Source: Limisphaerales bacterium (GTDB lineage: Bacteria; Pseudomonadota; Alphaproteobacteria; Rhodobacterales; Rhodobacteraceae). From it: a stretch of 51,395 nucleotides of DNA. The notes beneath the pieces are model-generated. The model saw only the letters and a list, made by a program, of their open reading frames with translations, did not search any database and was not told the DNA's origin. The stretch lies in contig JBIKVM010000001.1 of NCBI GenBank assembly GCA_044356825.1, forward strand, positions 1 through 51,395. The letters are read 5' to 3'. The number at the start of each line of letters is the position of its first letter. Position 1 is the first letter of the stretch. Shown piece after piece: positions 41,550 through 51,374 of this stretch. A program made the position numbers and the translations under genes.

Positions 41550-41552
41550 GAG

Positions 41553-42368
41553 ATGTCCTATTCGGTTGCGGGCAAAGCCATCATCGTCACCGGCGCGGCA
41601 CGCGGGATTGGCCTTGCGCTCGCGCGGCATTTCGTCGACCGCGGCGCACGCGTCATGTTCGCCGATGCCGATGAGGCGGCGCTGTTGCACGAGGTCGGCG
41701 AGGACGCCCGCGCCGAGGGGCAGGTCCGTCATTTCGCCGGCGATCTGCGCGCGAAACTCGATGTCGCGAACCTCGTCTCCGCGACGATCGATGCCTTCGA
41801 CCGGATCGACGTGCTCGTGAACGCCTCGCGCCATGTCGCGATTTCAGACCCGCTCGGGATCGAGCGCGACGCTGTCGAGGACATGATCGGCCTCAATCTG
41901 ATGTCGAGCCTGCGACTGTCGCAGGCCGTGGCGCGCCGGATGATCGTGCAGTCTGGCCGCGAGGGGGGCGAGGATGCGACGACACCAGCGGGGTCGATCG
42001 TGAACATCTCGTCGATCGCGGCGCGGCGCGCGCAACCCGAACTGATGGCCTATTCGATCGCCTGCGCGGCCATCGACCAGATGACCCGCTCCATGGCTGT
42101 CGCCCTTGCGCCGCGGCGCATCCGGGTGAACGCCGTCGCCTTCGGCAGCGTCATGAGCGCCTCGCTCCAGGGTAGCCTGAAGGGCCATGCGGAGAAGCGC
42201 GCCGAGATCGTGCGCCACACGCCGCTCGGTCGCATCGCGGCACCCGACGAGTTGGCCGAGGCGGTTCAGTTCCTTGCCTCGGATGCCTCGGCGTTCGTCA
42301 CCGGTCAGGTGCTGACGGTGGATGGGGGGCGCACCCTCATTGATCCGGTGTGCCTGCCTGCCCACTGA
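41553..42368 (+). CDS. Short-chain dehydrogenase/reductase, 271 aa
   Basis: TGAARGIG cofactor motif. The SDR catalytic region includes YSIACAAI, a Tyr-x3-Ala variant of the YxxxK motif. Confidence 0.85.
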   Translation: MSYSVAGKAIIVTGAARGIGLALARHFVDRGARVMFADADEAALLHEVGEDARAEGQVRHFAGDLRAKLDVANLVSATIDAFDRIDVLVNASRHVAISDPLGIERDAVEDMIGLNLMSSLRLSQAVARRMIVQSGREGGEDATTPAGSIVNISSIAARRAQPELMAYSIACAAIDQMTRSMAVALAPRRIRVNAVAFGSVMSASLQGSLKGHAEKRAEIVRHTPLGRIAAPDELAEAVQFLASDASAFVTGQVLTVDGGRTLIDPVCLPAH

Positions 42369-43287
42369 CGGCGCCGGCGCGTGACCCCGCGCGGCCCGCG
42401 CCGGTGCTGTTGACAAAGACGAGCCCCACCACCACGAGAGCCCCCGCCCCGATCACCTCAGGCCCGACCGGATCGCCCAGAACCGCCCAGCCCAGCGCTA
42501 CCGCAAGGATGGGCGTGAGCAGGCTGAAGGCCGCGACGCTCGAGGCCGGATAGCGTGCCAGCAGGCGGAACCACATCACGAAGCCCGCCGCCGCAACCAC
42601 AACCGACTGATAGCCGAGCGCGGCCATCGCCCCCGGGCCAAGATCGCGCAGCGGCTCCCCGGCGATGATCGCGGCAAGCCCGAGGAAGGGGATCGAACCG
42701 CTCAGCATCCAGAAGAGCTGCACCTCGGCCGACATGCCGCCCGCCCCTGCCCGCCGCGCAAGAAACGTCAGCCCCGCCCAGCCGAGTGCCGCCGCCACCG
42801 CCAGAAGATCGCCCGCGAGGCTGCCGGGCACCGCGCTCCCGGGCTTTCCGGCCAGCGCGAGTGCCATGCCCGCGAAGGCCAGAGCCAGCCCGGCGGCCCG
42901 CCGCGGGGTGATCTTCTCGGCCGGAAGGGCGACATGGGCGATCAGGGCGAACCAGACGGGCATGGAATAGAGCATGATCGTCGCGCGCGGCACGGTCGTG
43001 CGGTCGAGCGCGAGGAAGAGGCAGAGGAACTCAGCCGCGAAACCCGCGCCGAGGCCAAAGGCCAGCATCCCCATGCCCGGGGGCGGCGCGATCCGCCCGC
43101 CACGGGCCACGATCCACAGCCCGACAAGAGCGGCGGCGAGGATCGATCGGATCGTCGCGGCGAAGGCAGGCTCGAAACCCTCGATTGCGAAGCTGATCGC
43201 GATCTGGTTCGTCGCGAAGAGCACTGCCAGCCCGCCGAGCCCCGCCGCGCCGGCGCCGTCGATCCGATCTCTCCGACCCGCCGCCAT
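42337..43287 (-). CDS. DMT-superfamily (EamA-like) transporter, 316 aa
   Basis: Internal ATG 43287. About ten hydrophobic helices in two similar halves. The 3' end overlaps the convergent SDR gene by 32 nt. Confidence 0.75.
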   Translation of the reverse strand: MAAGRRDRIDGAGAAGLGGLAVLFATNQIAISFAIEGFEPAFAATIRSILAAALVGLWIVARGGRIAPPPGMGMLAFGLGAGFAAEFLCLFLALDRTTVPRATIMLYSMPVWFALIAHVALPAEKITPRRAAGLALAFAGMALALAGKPGSAVPGSLAGDLLAVAAALGWAGLTFLARRAGAGGMSAEVQLFWMLSGSIPFLGLAAIIAGEPLRDLGPGAMAALGYQSVVVAAAGFVMWFRLLARYPASSVAAFSLLTPILAVALGWAVLGDPVGPEVIGAGALVVVGLVFVNSTGAGRAGSRAGAVSGQAGTPDQ

Positions 43288-43444
43288 GGCATCCCCGCGA
43301 GATTGCTTGTGAGCCTTCGGGCCGGGCGGGGGCGATGTCAAGGCGGGGGGCTTGACCCGAGGGGGGCGATGCAGGCCAATAGTGGGGGTGATTCCGCTTG
43401 GTCGGAAGGCTCGCCATGGGTGCGCGCGCGCACGGGAGGACTGG

Positions 43445-43867
43445 ATGTACGACAAGACACAGGGCGGGACGGGCAAACCGTCGGTGCTTGCGGCGGACCT
43501 CGTCGTGACAGGTGTCATCGCAACGGAGGGCGCGCTTGAGATCAACGGGCGTGTCGAGGGCGAAGTGGCGGCCGATGCGCTCATCGTCGGGCGTGGCGGG
43601 ACGATCGCGGGCAAGGTCCGGGCCGGCCGCGCCGACATTCACGGCATGCTCCAGGGTGATCTGGTGTGTAGCGCGCTCGTGCTGCGGTCGACAAGCCGGC
43701 TGCGCGCCGACATGACCTGCGCCTCGCTCACGGTCGAGACGGGCGCCGAGGTCGAGGGCAGCCTGCGCCGCCCCGCCCCCCCGGAACCGCCCGCCCCGAC
43801 AGCCGAGGCGGGCATCATTGCAGCCGAGAGCGACCTTGCAGGCGGCAGCGCGGATTCCGAGGGTTAG
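43445..43867 (+). CDS. Bactofilin-family protein, 140 aa
   Basis: Internal ATG 43445. Beta-helical repeat pattern (VVTGVIATEGALEINGRVEGEVAADALIVGRGGTIAGKVRAGRADIHGMLQGDL) followed by a Pro-rich tail. Confidence 0.8.
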   Translation: MYDKTQGGTGKPSVLAADLVVTGVIATEGALEINGRVEGEVAADALIVGRGGTIAGKVRAGRADIHGMLQGDLVCSALVLRSTSRLRADMTCASLTVETGAEVEGSLRRPAPPEPPAPTAEAGIIAAESDLAGGSADSEG

Positions 43868-43870
43868 ACG

Positions 43871-44386
43871 TCAGTCGAGCGAGACCTTGACGTCGATGCG
43901 GTCGCCGACGCGATATCGGCTGGTCGTTTCGGTGTGGCCCTCAAGGCCATTCCAGCTGTAGTGCACGAGCCATCCGCCGACCTCGCGGCTTTCGCGCGCC
44001 TCGAACACCGTCTCGCAGACGCGCGACGTGCGGTACCCGGTGACGACCTGCCGCGTCTGGCGGCTGGCCGCATCAGCACCCATGATGGCACCAAGAACCG
44101 TCATCGCGTCCTTGCCTGATCCGTTGCCGAACTGGTTGCCGATCGCCCCCCCGATCAGCGCGCCGGCAAGCGTGTCGCCGGTGCCGCCGCCCCGGACGGT
44201 GCCATAGACGGGCTCTTCCACATCACGGCAGCGGCGCACCGGCTCTTCAGCGCGGGTGGTGATGTAGACGGGTTCGACCGCCGTCACGCGGGCGCTGACG
44301 GTATAGCTGCCGGCTGTGGCGCTGGTCGCAGCAAGGCCGAGGGTCAGGGCGACGAGGAGGCGGCGGGAGTTTCGGATCGCGGTCAT
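43871..44386 (-). CDS. Glycine-zipper (17-kDa antigen/SlyB-like) outer-membrane protein, 171 aa
   Basis: Internal ATG 44386. Signal peptide. Glycine zipper: GDTLAGALIGGAIGNQFGNGSGKDAMTVLGAIMGA. Confidence 0.65.
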   Translation of the reverse strand: MTAIRNSRRLLVALTLGLAATSATAGSYTVSARVTAVEPVYITTRAEEPVRRCRDVEEPVYGTVRGGGTGDTLAGALIGGAIGNQFGNGSGKDAMTVLGAIMGADAASRQTRQVVTGYRTSRVCETVFEARESREVGGWLVHYSWNGLEGHTETTSRYRVGDRIDVKVSLD

Positions 44387-44496
44387 GGGCTGCTCCTTGG
44401 TGCGATTCGTGTTGCGGGCCGGGCGCACCGTCGTGGTGCGGGTCGGCGATGTCCCTCCTTGGTCGCACCCGGCCGGGCAATGCAATAGCGCGGCGA

Positions 44497-44543
44497 TGAT
44501 AGGCGATAACAACCCTCGCGAAGCTGGATGAAATCGCCTATCA
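44497..44543. promoter_or_regulatory. 11-bp perfect inverted repeat TGATAGGCGAT-N25-ATCGCCTATCA
   Basis: Lies in the divergent intergenic region, about 50 nt upstream of ATG 44591. Confidence 0.3.
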
Positions 44544-44590
44544 CTGCGTCTGGAACCATGGTCGGTCGATGTTGTCCGGCGGAGGGTGCC

Positions 44591-44887
44591 ATGGGTGTGC
44601 GTGGGCTTGGCGGAATCGCGGTTCTGGTTGGGCTGCTGCTGGCGGGGCAGGCCAGCGCGGCGTGCTATGCCGACTACAAGGCCAAGCAGGACGAACCGCT
44701 GCGGCTGCATTACGGCGTGATCGAACTGCCCGAGGCGGCCTGCACGGGCGGAACCGATCCGGCTGCTGCCGTATCGGAACGGATCGCGCCGGACGGGTGG
44801 ATCTTGCTGTCTGTGCTCGGTCTGTTCGGGTCCGAGGGGCTTGAGGCGCGGAGGGGCGATGCCGGGGAATATTTCCTCCGTTACTGA
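44591..44887 (+). CDS. Small secreted hypothetical protein, 98 aa
   Basis: ATG 44591 with GGAGGG upstream. Signal peptide (GIAVLVGLLLAGQASAA). Two Cys residues. Confidence 0.45.
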   Translation: MGVRGLGGIAVLVGLLLAGQASAACYADYKAKQDEPLRLHYGVIELPEAACTGGTDPAAAVSERIAPDGWILLSVLGLFGSEGLEARRGDAGEYFLRY

Positions 44888-45563
44888 GGCTGCCCGCCGC
44901 GCAGGTCGGGTGGTCGTGCTCGGCCTCGGGGCCGTGGTGGCAATCCTCGGCCTTGCGGCAGTCATGCTCTTTGCCGCGCTCCCTGACGCCAACCTCTTCA
45001 ATGAGCGGGTTGAGCGCATCTTCGTCGAAAGCTCCGAAATGACCGCACCGGGAGAGGTGCGCGCGCTCGAGATCCTCGCACAGTCCGGAACGGCCTTCGC
45101 CGAGGTGCTGGTTTCATACCGGATGGTCATCTTCGTGCTGTTCGTGGTGGCGGCGGCGCTGCTCGTGGCAGCGGCGGCGCTCGTGATCGCGATCCTCAGG
45201 TTGCGCGCGCGCCTCGGCGCAATCGAGCGCAGCGGAATGCAGGTTGTCTCGCTGACCGTGAGCCGGGATGAACGCTGCGTCTATCTCAACGATCTGGCAC
45301 TGCCGCTGACGGGTGCCGCGCTGGAGACGCTCGCCGTTCTGGTCGAGGCGCGACTCGACGACGAGGTTCTGAGCGGGGCCGAAATCGAGGCCGTGATCTC
45401 GGGCCGAACCGCGGCCGATTGCGACGAAGCCGCGGGCGCCACGCGCATCAAGCGGCTGCGCGATGCGCTCGGCAACCAGCTTGTGGGCGAGTTGCTGATC
45501 CGCACGGTGCCCAAGCGCGGCTACATGCTGGCCGTCGATCCGCGCGCGCTCCGCGTCGCCTGA
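44859..45563 (+). CDS. Membrane protein with C-terminal OmpR/PhoB-type winged-helix domain, 234 aa
   Basis: Two TM segments (VVVLGLGAVVAILGLAAVMLF, IFVLFVVAAALLVAAAALVIAIL), then LPLTGAALETLAVLVEA...RIKRLRDALG...IRTVPKRGYML. Confidence 0.6.
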   Translation: MPGNISSVTEAARRAGRVVVLGLGAVVAILGLAAVMLFAALPDANLFNERVERIFVESSEMTAPGEVRALEILAQSGTAFAEVLVSYRMVIFVLFVVAAALLVAAAALVIAILRLRARLGAIERSGMQVVSLTVSRDERCVYLNDLALPLTGAALETLAVLVEARLDDEVLSGAEIEAVISGRTAADCDEAAGATRIKRLRDALGNQLVGELLIRTVPKRGYMLAVDPRALRVA

Positions 45564-45585
45564 GGGCAGTTACAGAGGGAAAGCC

Positions 45586-45990
45586 ATGCCGCAGATGATC
45601 TTCGTCAACCTGCCCGTCAGCGATGTCGCGCGGGCGCGGGCCTTCTACGAAGGGGTGGGTTTCACCATCAACCCGCAGTTCTCGGACGAGAACGCCAATT
45701 GCGTCGTCGTCTCCGAGACGATCTACATCATGACGCTGCGGCGCGATTTCTTCGCGGGGTTCGCACCCCGCCCGGTTGCCGATCCGCGGACGACAACCGG
45801 GGCACTGATCGCCCTCTCGCGCCAGAGCCGCGACGAGGTCGATGCCTTTGTTGCTGCGGCCCTCATGCTTGGCGGGACAGAGCCCAAGCCAGCGGCGGAT
45901 CATGGATTCATGTACCAGCGCACCATCGCCGATCCCGACGGCAACATCTTCGAACCCTTCTGGATGGATCCGGCGGCAGTGGCGGGCTGA
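45586..45990 (+). CDS. VOC/glyoxalase-family protein, 134 aa
   Basis: MIFVNLPVSDVARARAFYEGVGF start and DPDGNIFE motif. Confidence 0.85.
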   Translation: MPQMIFVNLPVSDVARARAFYEGVGFTINPQFSDENANCVVVSETIYIMTLRRDFFAGFAPRPVADPRTTTGALIALSRQSRDEVDAFVAAALMLGGTEPKPAADHGFMYQRTIADPDGNIFEPFWMDPAAVAG

Positions 45991-45994
45991 TCGC

Positions 45995-48712
45995 TCAGCC
46001 ACCGCCGCGCAGCCGCCGCTCGAGGTCGAGCATGATCACGAACGCAACGCCCGCAGAAAGGATCACGAGCCCTTCGACGAGGGGGATGGGCTCGGTGCCG
46101 AGGATCGGTTGCAACCACGGCAGATAGGTGAGCGCGAGCTGCGCGCCGGCGACGAGGACGATGACCGAGCGGATCACCGGCGTGCCGAGCGGTGCCCCCC
46201 ACCCCCGGGATCGGCCGTTGATCGTGCGGATGAAGCACAGATGGAAGATCTCGAGCACGACCAGCGTGTTCATCGCCATCGTCTGCGCGAGGGCGATGGA
46301 ATGGCCGCGCCCGACCGCGAGGCCGAAGACTGCGAAGACGATCACGGCGAAGAGCGCAGCGACTAGAATGACATGCCAGATCAGCGCCCCGGGCAGGATC
46401 GGCGCATCACGCCGCCGTGGCGGGCGATCCATGATGCCGGGTTCGGCGGGCTCGAAGGCAAGCGCAAGGCCGAGCGTGATGCCGGTGATGAGGTTTACCC
46501 ACAGGATCTGTACCGGGGTGATCGGCAGGTGCAGCCCGAAGATCAGCGCAAGGACGACGACGATCGCCTCGCCCGCATTGGTCGGCAGTTCGAATCCGAT
46601 CACCTTGCGCAGATTGTCATGCACCCTGCGTCCTTCTCGTACCGCCGCGGCGATCGTGACGAAATTGTCATCTGCCAGCACGAGGTCGGCGGCCTGCTTC
46701 GCGGCCTCGGTACCCTTGCGCCCCATCGCGATGCCGGCATCCGCGCGCCGCAGCGCCGGCGCGTCGTTCACCCCGTCACCCGTCATAGCAACCGACGACC
46801 CGCAAGATTGGAGCGCATGCACGAGGCGCAGCTTGTGCTCGGGACTGGTGCGCGCAAAGACATCGACGCTTGCAACCTCGAGCGCGAGCGCCGCATCGTC
46901 GAGCCGATCCATCTCCGCGCCCGTCAGGACGCGGGCCGGGTTGCGCAAGCCGATCTCGCGCGCGATCGCTGCGGCCGTCCCGGCGTGATCCCCGGTGATC
47001 ATCTTCACCGCAATTCCCGCGCGCAGACATTCGGCGACGGCGGCGACCGCCTCAGGGCGGGGCGGGTCGATGAGGCCCACGATCCCGATCAGGTCGAGCC
47101 CGTGCGCAATCTCGTGGGCGTCGATGCGCCCATCGGCCGTGGTGCAGCCCGCGAAGGCAAGCACTCGCAGCCCGCGCTGCGCCAGCGCATCGGCGCGGGC
47201 GTGCCAGTGATGGCGGTCGATCCCGCGACACATGGCAAGGACGCGCTCGGGGGCGCCCTTGACATGGATCTGCCGTCCTCGTGTGTCCTCGGTCAGGACG
47301 GCCATGAAGCGGTGCTGGCTGTCGAAGGGAATCGCATCGAGGCGCCGCGCCTCGGGCATCGCCCCGACCTTGCCCGCGAAGGCGAGCAGCGCGCCCTCCA
47401 TCGGGTCGCCCTCGACCGCCCAGCCGGCACCCTCTGGGCGCAGGACGGCATCGTTGCACAGCGCCGCCGCGCGGCCGATCTCGGCAAGATCGCCCGCGGG
47501 CGTGATCGCGCCCTCGGGCGCATAGCCCACCCCGCCGATCCCGAAGCTGCCGGCGGGGGTCTCGGCGGCGGTGACGACCATCTCGGAGCGCGTCAGCGTG
47601 CCGGTCTTGTCGGTGCAAATGACCGAGACTGCGCCGATGGCCTCGATCGCGGGCAGGCGGCGGACGATGGCGTTGCGCCGCGCCATCGCCTGAACCCCGA
47701 GCGCGAGCGTGATCGTCATCACGGCCGGAAGACCTTCGGGGATTGCGGCCACCGCAAGGCCCACGACCGCCATGAACAGTTCACGCCCATCGCGCCCGCC
47801 GACGACATGGCCCCAGACAAGCAGCAGTGCGGCGCCGATCACGATGATGAGCGACAGCCGCCGCGCCATGCCATCCATCTGCGAGACGAGGGGCGTCCGC
47901 AGGCGGGTTGTGCGCTCCACAAGCCCGCCGATGCGGCCGAGTTCCGTCGCGAGGCCCGTCGCAACCACGACGCCTCGGGCGGTGCCGCGCACGATCATGG
48001 TTCCGGACCACAGCATCGGCGCGCGGTCTCCAAGGGGCGCATCAGCGGCAACCGGGGCAGGATCCTTGATGGCGGGCACGGACTCGCCCGTCAGCATCGA
48101 TTCGTCGACTGCAAGCTGGCGCGCTTCGAGCAGGCGCAGGTCGGCAGGCACCCTGTCGCCGGCCTCGAGCACAACGACATCGCCGGCAACGATCTCGGCA
48201 GCCGCGATCGCGATGCGCCGCCCGTCGCGCAGCACGGCAGACCTCGGGGCCAGCAGCCGCCGGATGTCTGCCATCGCAGCCTCCGCCCTGCCTTCGTGGA
48301 TGAAGCCGATCACCGCGTTCGCGATCACGACCGCGAGGATGACGCCCGTGTCGATCCAGCTTTGCATGAGGGCCGTGATCAGCGCGGCGCCGAGCAGGAT
48401 GCGGATCATCACGCTGTCGAACTGATTCAGGAATCGCGAGAACGGCCCGCGCACGGCGGTATCGGGCAGGCGGTTCGGGCCATACAGCAAGAGCCTGCGC
48501 GCGGCCTCTGCCCGATCGAGCCCGCTCTCAGACGATCCGAGCGCCTCGAGGCACGCGGTGGCGGTCAGGGCATGGGGTGAGGGCGGGGTTGGGGGCGCGC
48601 CCCTGGCCTGAGGCACTATGGAGAGGGAGCGCGATGGGCGCTGCACGCTGATCACCGACCTCCTCGGGACTGTCTTGGCGGCGACCGCAGCCGGAAGCCC
48701 TGCGCGATCCAT
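45995..48712 (-). CDS. Cation-transporting P-type ATPase (type II-like), 905 aa
   Basis: TGES (LTGESVP), phosphorylation site ICTDKTGTLT, hinge MTGDGVNDAPAL, and ten TM helices. Substrate specificity cannot be read from the sequence. Confidence 0.92.
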   Translation of the reverse strand: MDRAGLPAAVAAKTVPRRSVISVQRPSRSLSIVPQARGAPPTPPSPHALTATACLEALGSSESGLDRAEAARRLLLYGPNRLPDTAVRGPFSRFLNQFDSVMIRILLGAALITALMQSWIDTGVILAVVIANAVIGFIHEGRAEAAMADIRRLLAPRSAVLRDGRRIAIAAAEIVAGDVVVLEAGDRVPADLRLLEARQLAVDESMLTGESVPAIKDPAPVAADAPLGDRAPMLWSGTMIVRGTARGVVVATGLATELGRIGGLVERTTRLRTPLVSQMDGMARRLSLIIVIGAALLLVWGHVVGGRDGRELFMAVVGLAVAAIPEGLPAVMTITLALGVQAMARRNAIVRRLPAIEAIGAVSVICTDKTGTLTRSEMVVTAAETPAGSFGIGGVGYAPEGAITPAGDLAEIGRAAALCNDAVLRPEGAGWAVEGDPMEGALLAFAGKVGAMPEARRLDAIPFDSQHRFMAVLTEDTRGRQIHVKGAPERVLAMCRGIDRHHWHARADALAQRGLRVLAFAGCTTADGRIDAHEIAHGLDLIGIVGLIDPPRPEAVAAVAECLRAGIAVKMITGDHAGTAAAIAREIGLRNPARVLTGAEMDRLDDAALALEVASVDVFARTSPEHKLRLVHALQSCGSSVAMTGDGVNDAPALRRADAGIAMGRKGTEAAKQAADLVLADDNFVTIAAAVREGRRVHDNLRKVIGFELPTNAGEAIVVVLALIFGLHLPITPVQILWVNLITGITLGLALAFEPAEPGIMDRPPRRRDAPILPGALIWHVILVAALFAVIVFAVFGLAVGRGHSIALAQTMAMNTLVVLEIFHLCFIRTINGRSRGWGAPLGTPVIRSVIVLVAGAQLALTYLPWLQPILGTEPIPLVEGLVILSAGVAFVIMLDLERRLRGGG

Positions 48713-48813
48713 CCATGGCTTCGGAGGATTCGCGAATGATCCCGGTCAAACGACAGGCTGGAGGAGCCTCAACGCGTGCCCCCGGGCGGAAGGCGCGAGC
48801 GCTGATCGCGCCC

Positions 48814-50265
48814 TTAACCCCAGGGCAGCGAGAAGGTCTTGACGTTCGTGAAGCTCTTCATCGCCTCGATGACGCCTTCCTTGTAGCCGTTGCCGCTATC
48901 CTTGATGCCGCCGAAGGGCGACATCTCGATCCGATATCCCGGGACCTCCCAGATGTTCACCGTGCCGACGACGAGGCCGCGGATATAGGCCTGGATGCGC
49001 CCCCAGTCGTTGGTGCAGACCCCGGCCGAGAGGCCAAACGGCGTGCCGTTCGAGATCTCCATCGTCGCGGCATCGTCGTCGGGGACGCGGATCACGGGCA
49101 CGACGGGGCCGAAGGTTTCCTCCATCACGAGCGCGGAGCCGGGCGGGACGTGATCGACCACGATCGGCGGCAATAGCGCGCCGCGCCGGGGCGGGTGGTG
49201 AAGGATGCGTGCGCCCATCGCCTCGGCCTCGAGGACGCGGGCCTCGAAGGTCTCGGCGGCGCGCGCGCTGATGACGCAGCCCAGTTCGGTCGCGGGGTCC
49301 ATCGGGTCGCCGAAGCGCAGCGCCCGGGCGCGTTCGAGCACCATCGGCACGAAGCGGTCGGCGACGCTCTCCTGCACGAGGATGCGCTTGACGGCGGTGC
49401 AGCGCTGGCCCGAGTTCTTGGTGGCCCCCGCCACCGCCAGATCGGCCGCGCGCGCGAGGTCGGCGTCCGAGAGGTCGTTGCACACGATCAGCGGGTCGTT
49501 GCCGCCCAGTTCGAGGACCTGCCGCTTGTAGACGGCCTTGGCCGCGATCATCTTGCCGACCGGCACCCCGCCCGTGAAGGTGATGAGGTCGAAGTCGGGG
49601 TTGGTGACCATCTCCTCGCCGATCTCGGCCGGCCAGCCGGTCACGACCGAGAGCATCTCGGGCGGCAGCCCCGCCTCATAGAGCGCATCGGCCAGCCAGA
49701 TCGCGGTCAGGGGCGTGAGGTCGGTCGGCTTGACGACGATGCAGTTGTTCGTCGCGATCGCCGGCGCGATCTTGTGGCTGACCATGTTGAGCGGGTGGTT
49801 GAACGGCGTGATGGCAGAGATCGCGCGCAACGGCTCGCGCGTCGTGAAGATCTTGCGCGCCTTGCCGTGCGGGGTGAGGTCGCACGAGAAGATCTCGCCG
49901 TCGTCGTGGATGCAGAGCTGGCCCGCGAGCGAATAGACATCATAGGCCCGCCCGCATTCATAGAGGCTGTCGGCGAGCGAGATGCCAAGCTCGGCCGTGA
50001 TGATGGGCGCGAGCTCGGCCTTGCGCTCGGCGATGATGCGGGCGGTGGCAAAGAGGATCTGCTGGCGCTGAAACCGCGTCAGGCGCGGGGTGTAGGCGCG
50101 CGCGATGGCGAAGGCCTCGGCCGCGTGCTCGGCCCGGCCGGCGGGCACCGAGCCCACGACCTCGCCGGTGAAGGGGTAGCGCACGGGGATGCGCTCGGGC
50201 AGATCCACCTTGCGGCCGGCGATGCGCATCGCCTCGTGGCGGGGTTCGATCGGGGGGCTGGGCAT
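48814..50265 (-). CDS. phnY: Aldehyde dehydrogenase, probably phosphonoacetaldehyde dehydrogenase (PhnY-like), 483 aa
   Basis: Internal ATG 50265. ELGGNDP motif, catalytic Cys (GQRCTAVKR), and EETFGPV. Sits directly downstream of phnA. Confidence 0.75.
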   Translation of the reverse strand: MPSPPIEPRHEAMRIAGRKVDLPERIPVRYPFTGEVVGSVPAGRAEHAAEAFAIARAYTPRLTRFQRQQILFATARIIAERKAELAPIITAELGISLADSLYECGRAYDVYSLAGQLCIHDDGEIFSCDLTPHGKARKIFTTREPLRAISAITPFNHPLNMVSHKIAPAIATNNCIVVKPTDLTPLTAIWLADALYEAGLPPEMLSVVTGWPAEIGEEMVTNPDFDLITFTGGVPVGKMIAAKAVYKRQVLELGGNDPLIVCNDLSDADLARAADLAVAGATKNSGQRCTAVKRILVQESVADRFVPMVLERARALRFGDPMDPATELGCVISARAAETFEARVLEAEAMGARILHHPPRRGALLPPIVVDHVPPGSALVMEETFGPVVPVIRVPDDDAATMEISNGTPFGLSAGVCTNDWGRIQAYIRGLVVGTVNIWEVPGYRIEMSPFGGIKDSGNGYKEGVIEAMKSFTNVKTFSLPWG

Positions 50266-50273
50266 GGCGGACC

Positions 50274-51374
50274 TCAGAGCGCGGCGGCGGTGGTGGCGTA
50301 GAGGAAGGCGTCGAAGTTGCGCAAGGCGGGTGCATCCGGCAGATCGAGCCGGCGGTTGAGGATGAAGGGCACCGCCTGCTCGGTCAGCCCCCCGTGCGAG
50401 CGCAGCGGCTCGGTCAGCGCGGCGAGGTCGTGGCGGTGCGCCGAGGTGCCGATCGTCATCCCCCCGGTCGAGGTCAGTACGATGTCGCCGATCCGGTCGG
50501 TGGGCAGCTCGAAGCGGGCGGCGGCCTCTTCGCGGCCGATCGCGACCTCGATCCCGGGTTCGGCCAGAAGCCGGGCGAGGATCGCGGCGCGGTCGGCGCC
50601 CTCGGGCAGATAGGCCGTCGCGAAGGAGCCGAGCGCGCCGTGGTGGACCACATAGGGGTCGGTGATGGGCAGGATCACCCGCGCCGCACCCGCCCCCAGC
50701 CAGCCGTCGAGCAGATCCTGCGCATAGAGGACGGCGGGCGTGCCGTCGGGGTGGTGCTTGGGCTTCATCCCGTGGTCGGCCGTCAGCACGACGGCCGCGC
50801 CCATCGCGTCGAGTTCCGCCAGATAGCCGTCCACCATCGCGCAGAAGGCATCCGCCACCGGGTCGCCCGGCGCGTGCTTGTGCTGGATGTAGTCGGTGGT
50901 CGAGAGATACATGAGGTCGGGGCGCCACTCGGCCAGAAGCTTCACCCCGGCGGCAAGGACGAATTCCGACAGCTCCGCCGAATAGACGGGTGGCACCGGG
51001 CGGCCGAGCCAGCGGCTCGCATCCGCGATCCCGTTCGCGCTCGCCGTCGTCTGATCGGCGCGCTCGGACGAAAGGCAGACCGCGCGGCCGTCCTCGAACG
51101 AAAGCCCCGCGCCCAGAAGCGCGCGCAGCTTGTCCTTGGCCGTCAGCACCGCGACGCGCGCGCCTGCCGCGTGAAAGGCCGAAAAGATCGTCGGCGCGCG
51201 CAGGAAGCGGACATCGTTCATCATCACCTCCTGCCCGGTCTCGGGTTCATAGAGGTAGTTGCCGCAGATCCCGTGCACCGCGGGCGGGCGGCCCGTCGCG
51301 ATCGAGAGGTTGTTGGGGTTGGTGAAGGAAGGGATGACCGAATGCGCGGTGCGAAAGGTGCCGCGCGCGCGCAT
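50274..51374 (-). CDS. phnA: Phosphonoacetate hydrolase (alkaline-phosphatase superfamily), 5'-truncated at the contig end
   Basis: Nucleophile motif [14 protein letters not shown]. Metal ligands are present in DYIQHKH and ADHGM. About 50 N-terminal residues expected for this family are missing. The apparent ATG 51374 lies in the loop of the terminal fold-back repeat. Confidence 0.8.
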   Translation of the reverse strand: MRARGTFRTAHSVIPSFTNPNNLSIATGRPPAVHGICGNYLYEPETGQEVMMNDVRFLRAPTIFSAFHAAGARVAVLTAKDKLRALLGAGLSFEDGRAVCLSSERADQTTASANGIADASRWLGRPVPPVYSAELSEFVLAAGVKLLAEWRPDLMYLSTTDYIQHKHAPGDPVADAFCAMVDGYLAELDAMGAAVVLTADHGMKPKHHPDGTPAVLYAQDLLDGWLGAGAARVILPITDPYVVHHGALGSFATAYLPEGADRAAILARLLAEPGIEVAIGREEAAARFELPTDRIGDIVLTSTGGMTIGTSAHRHDLAALTEPLRSHGGLTEQAVPFILNRRLDLPDAPALRNFDAFLYATTAAAL

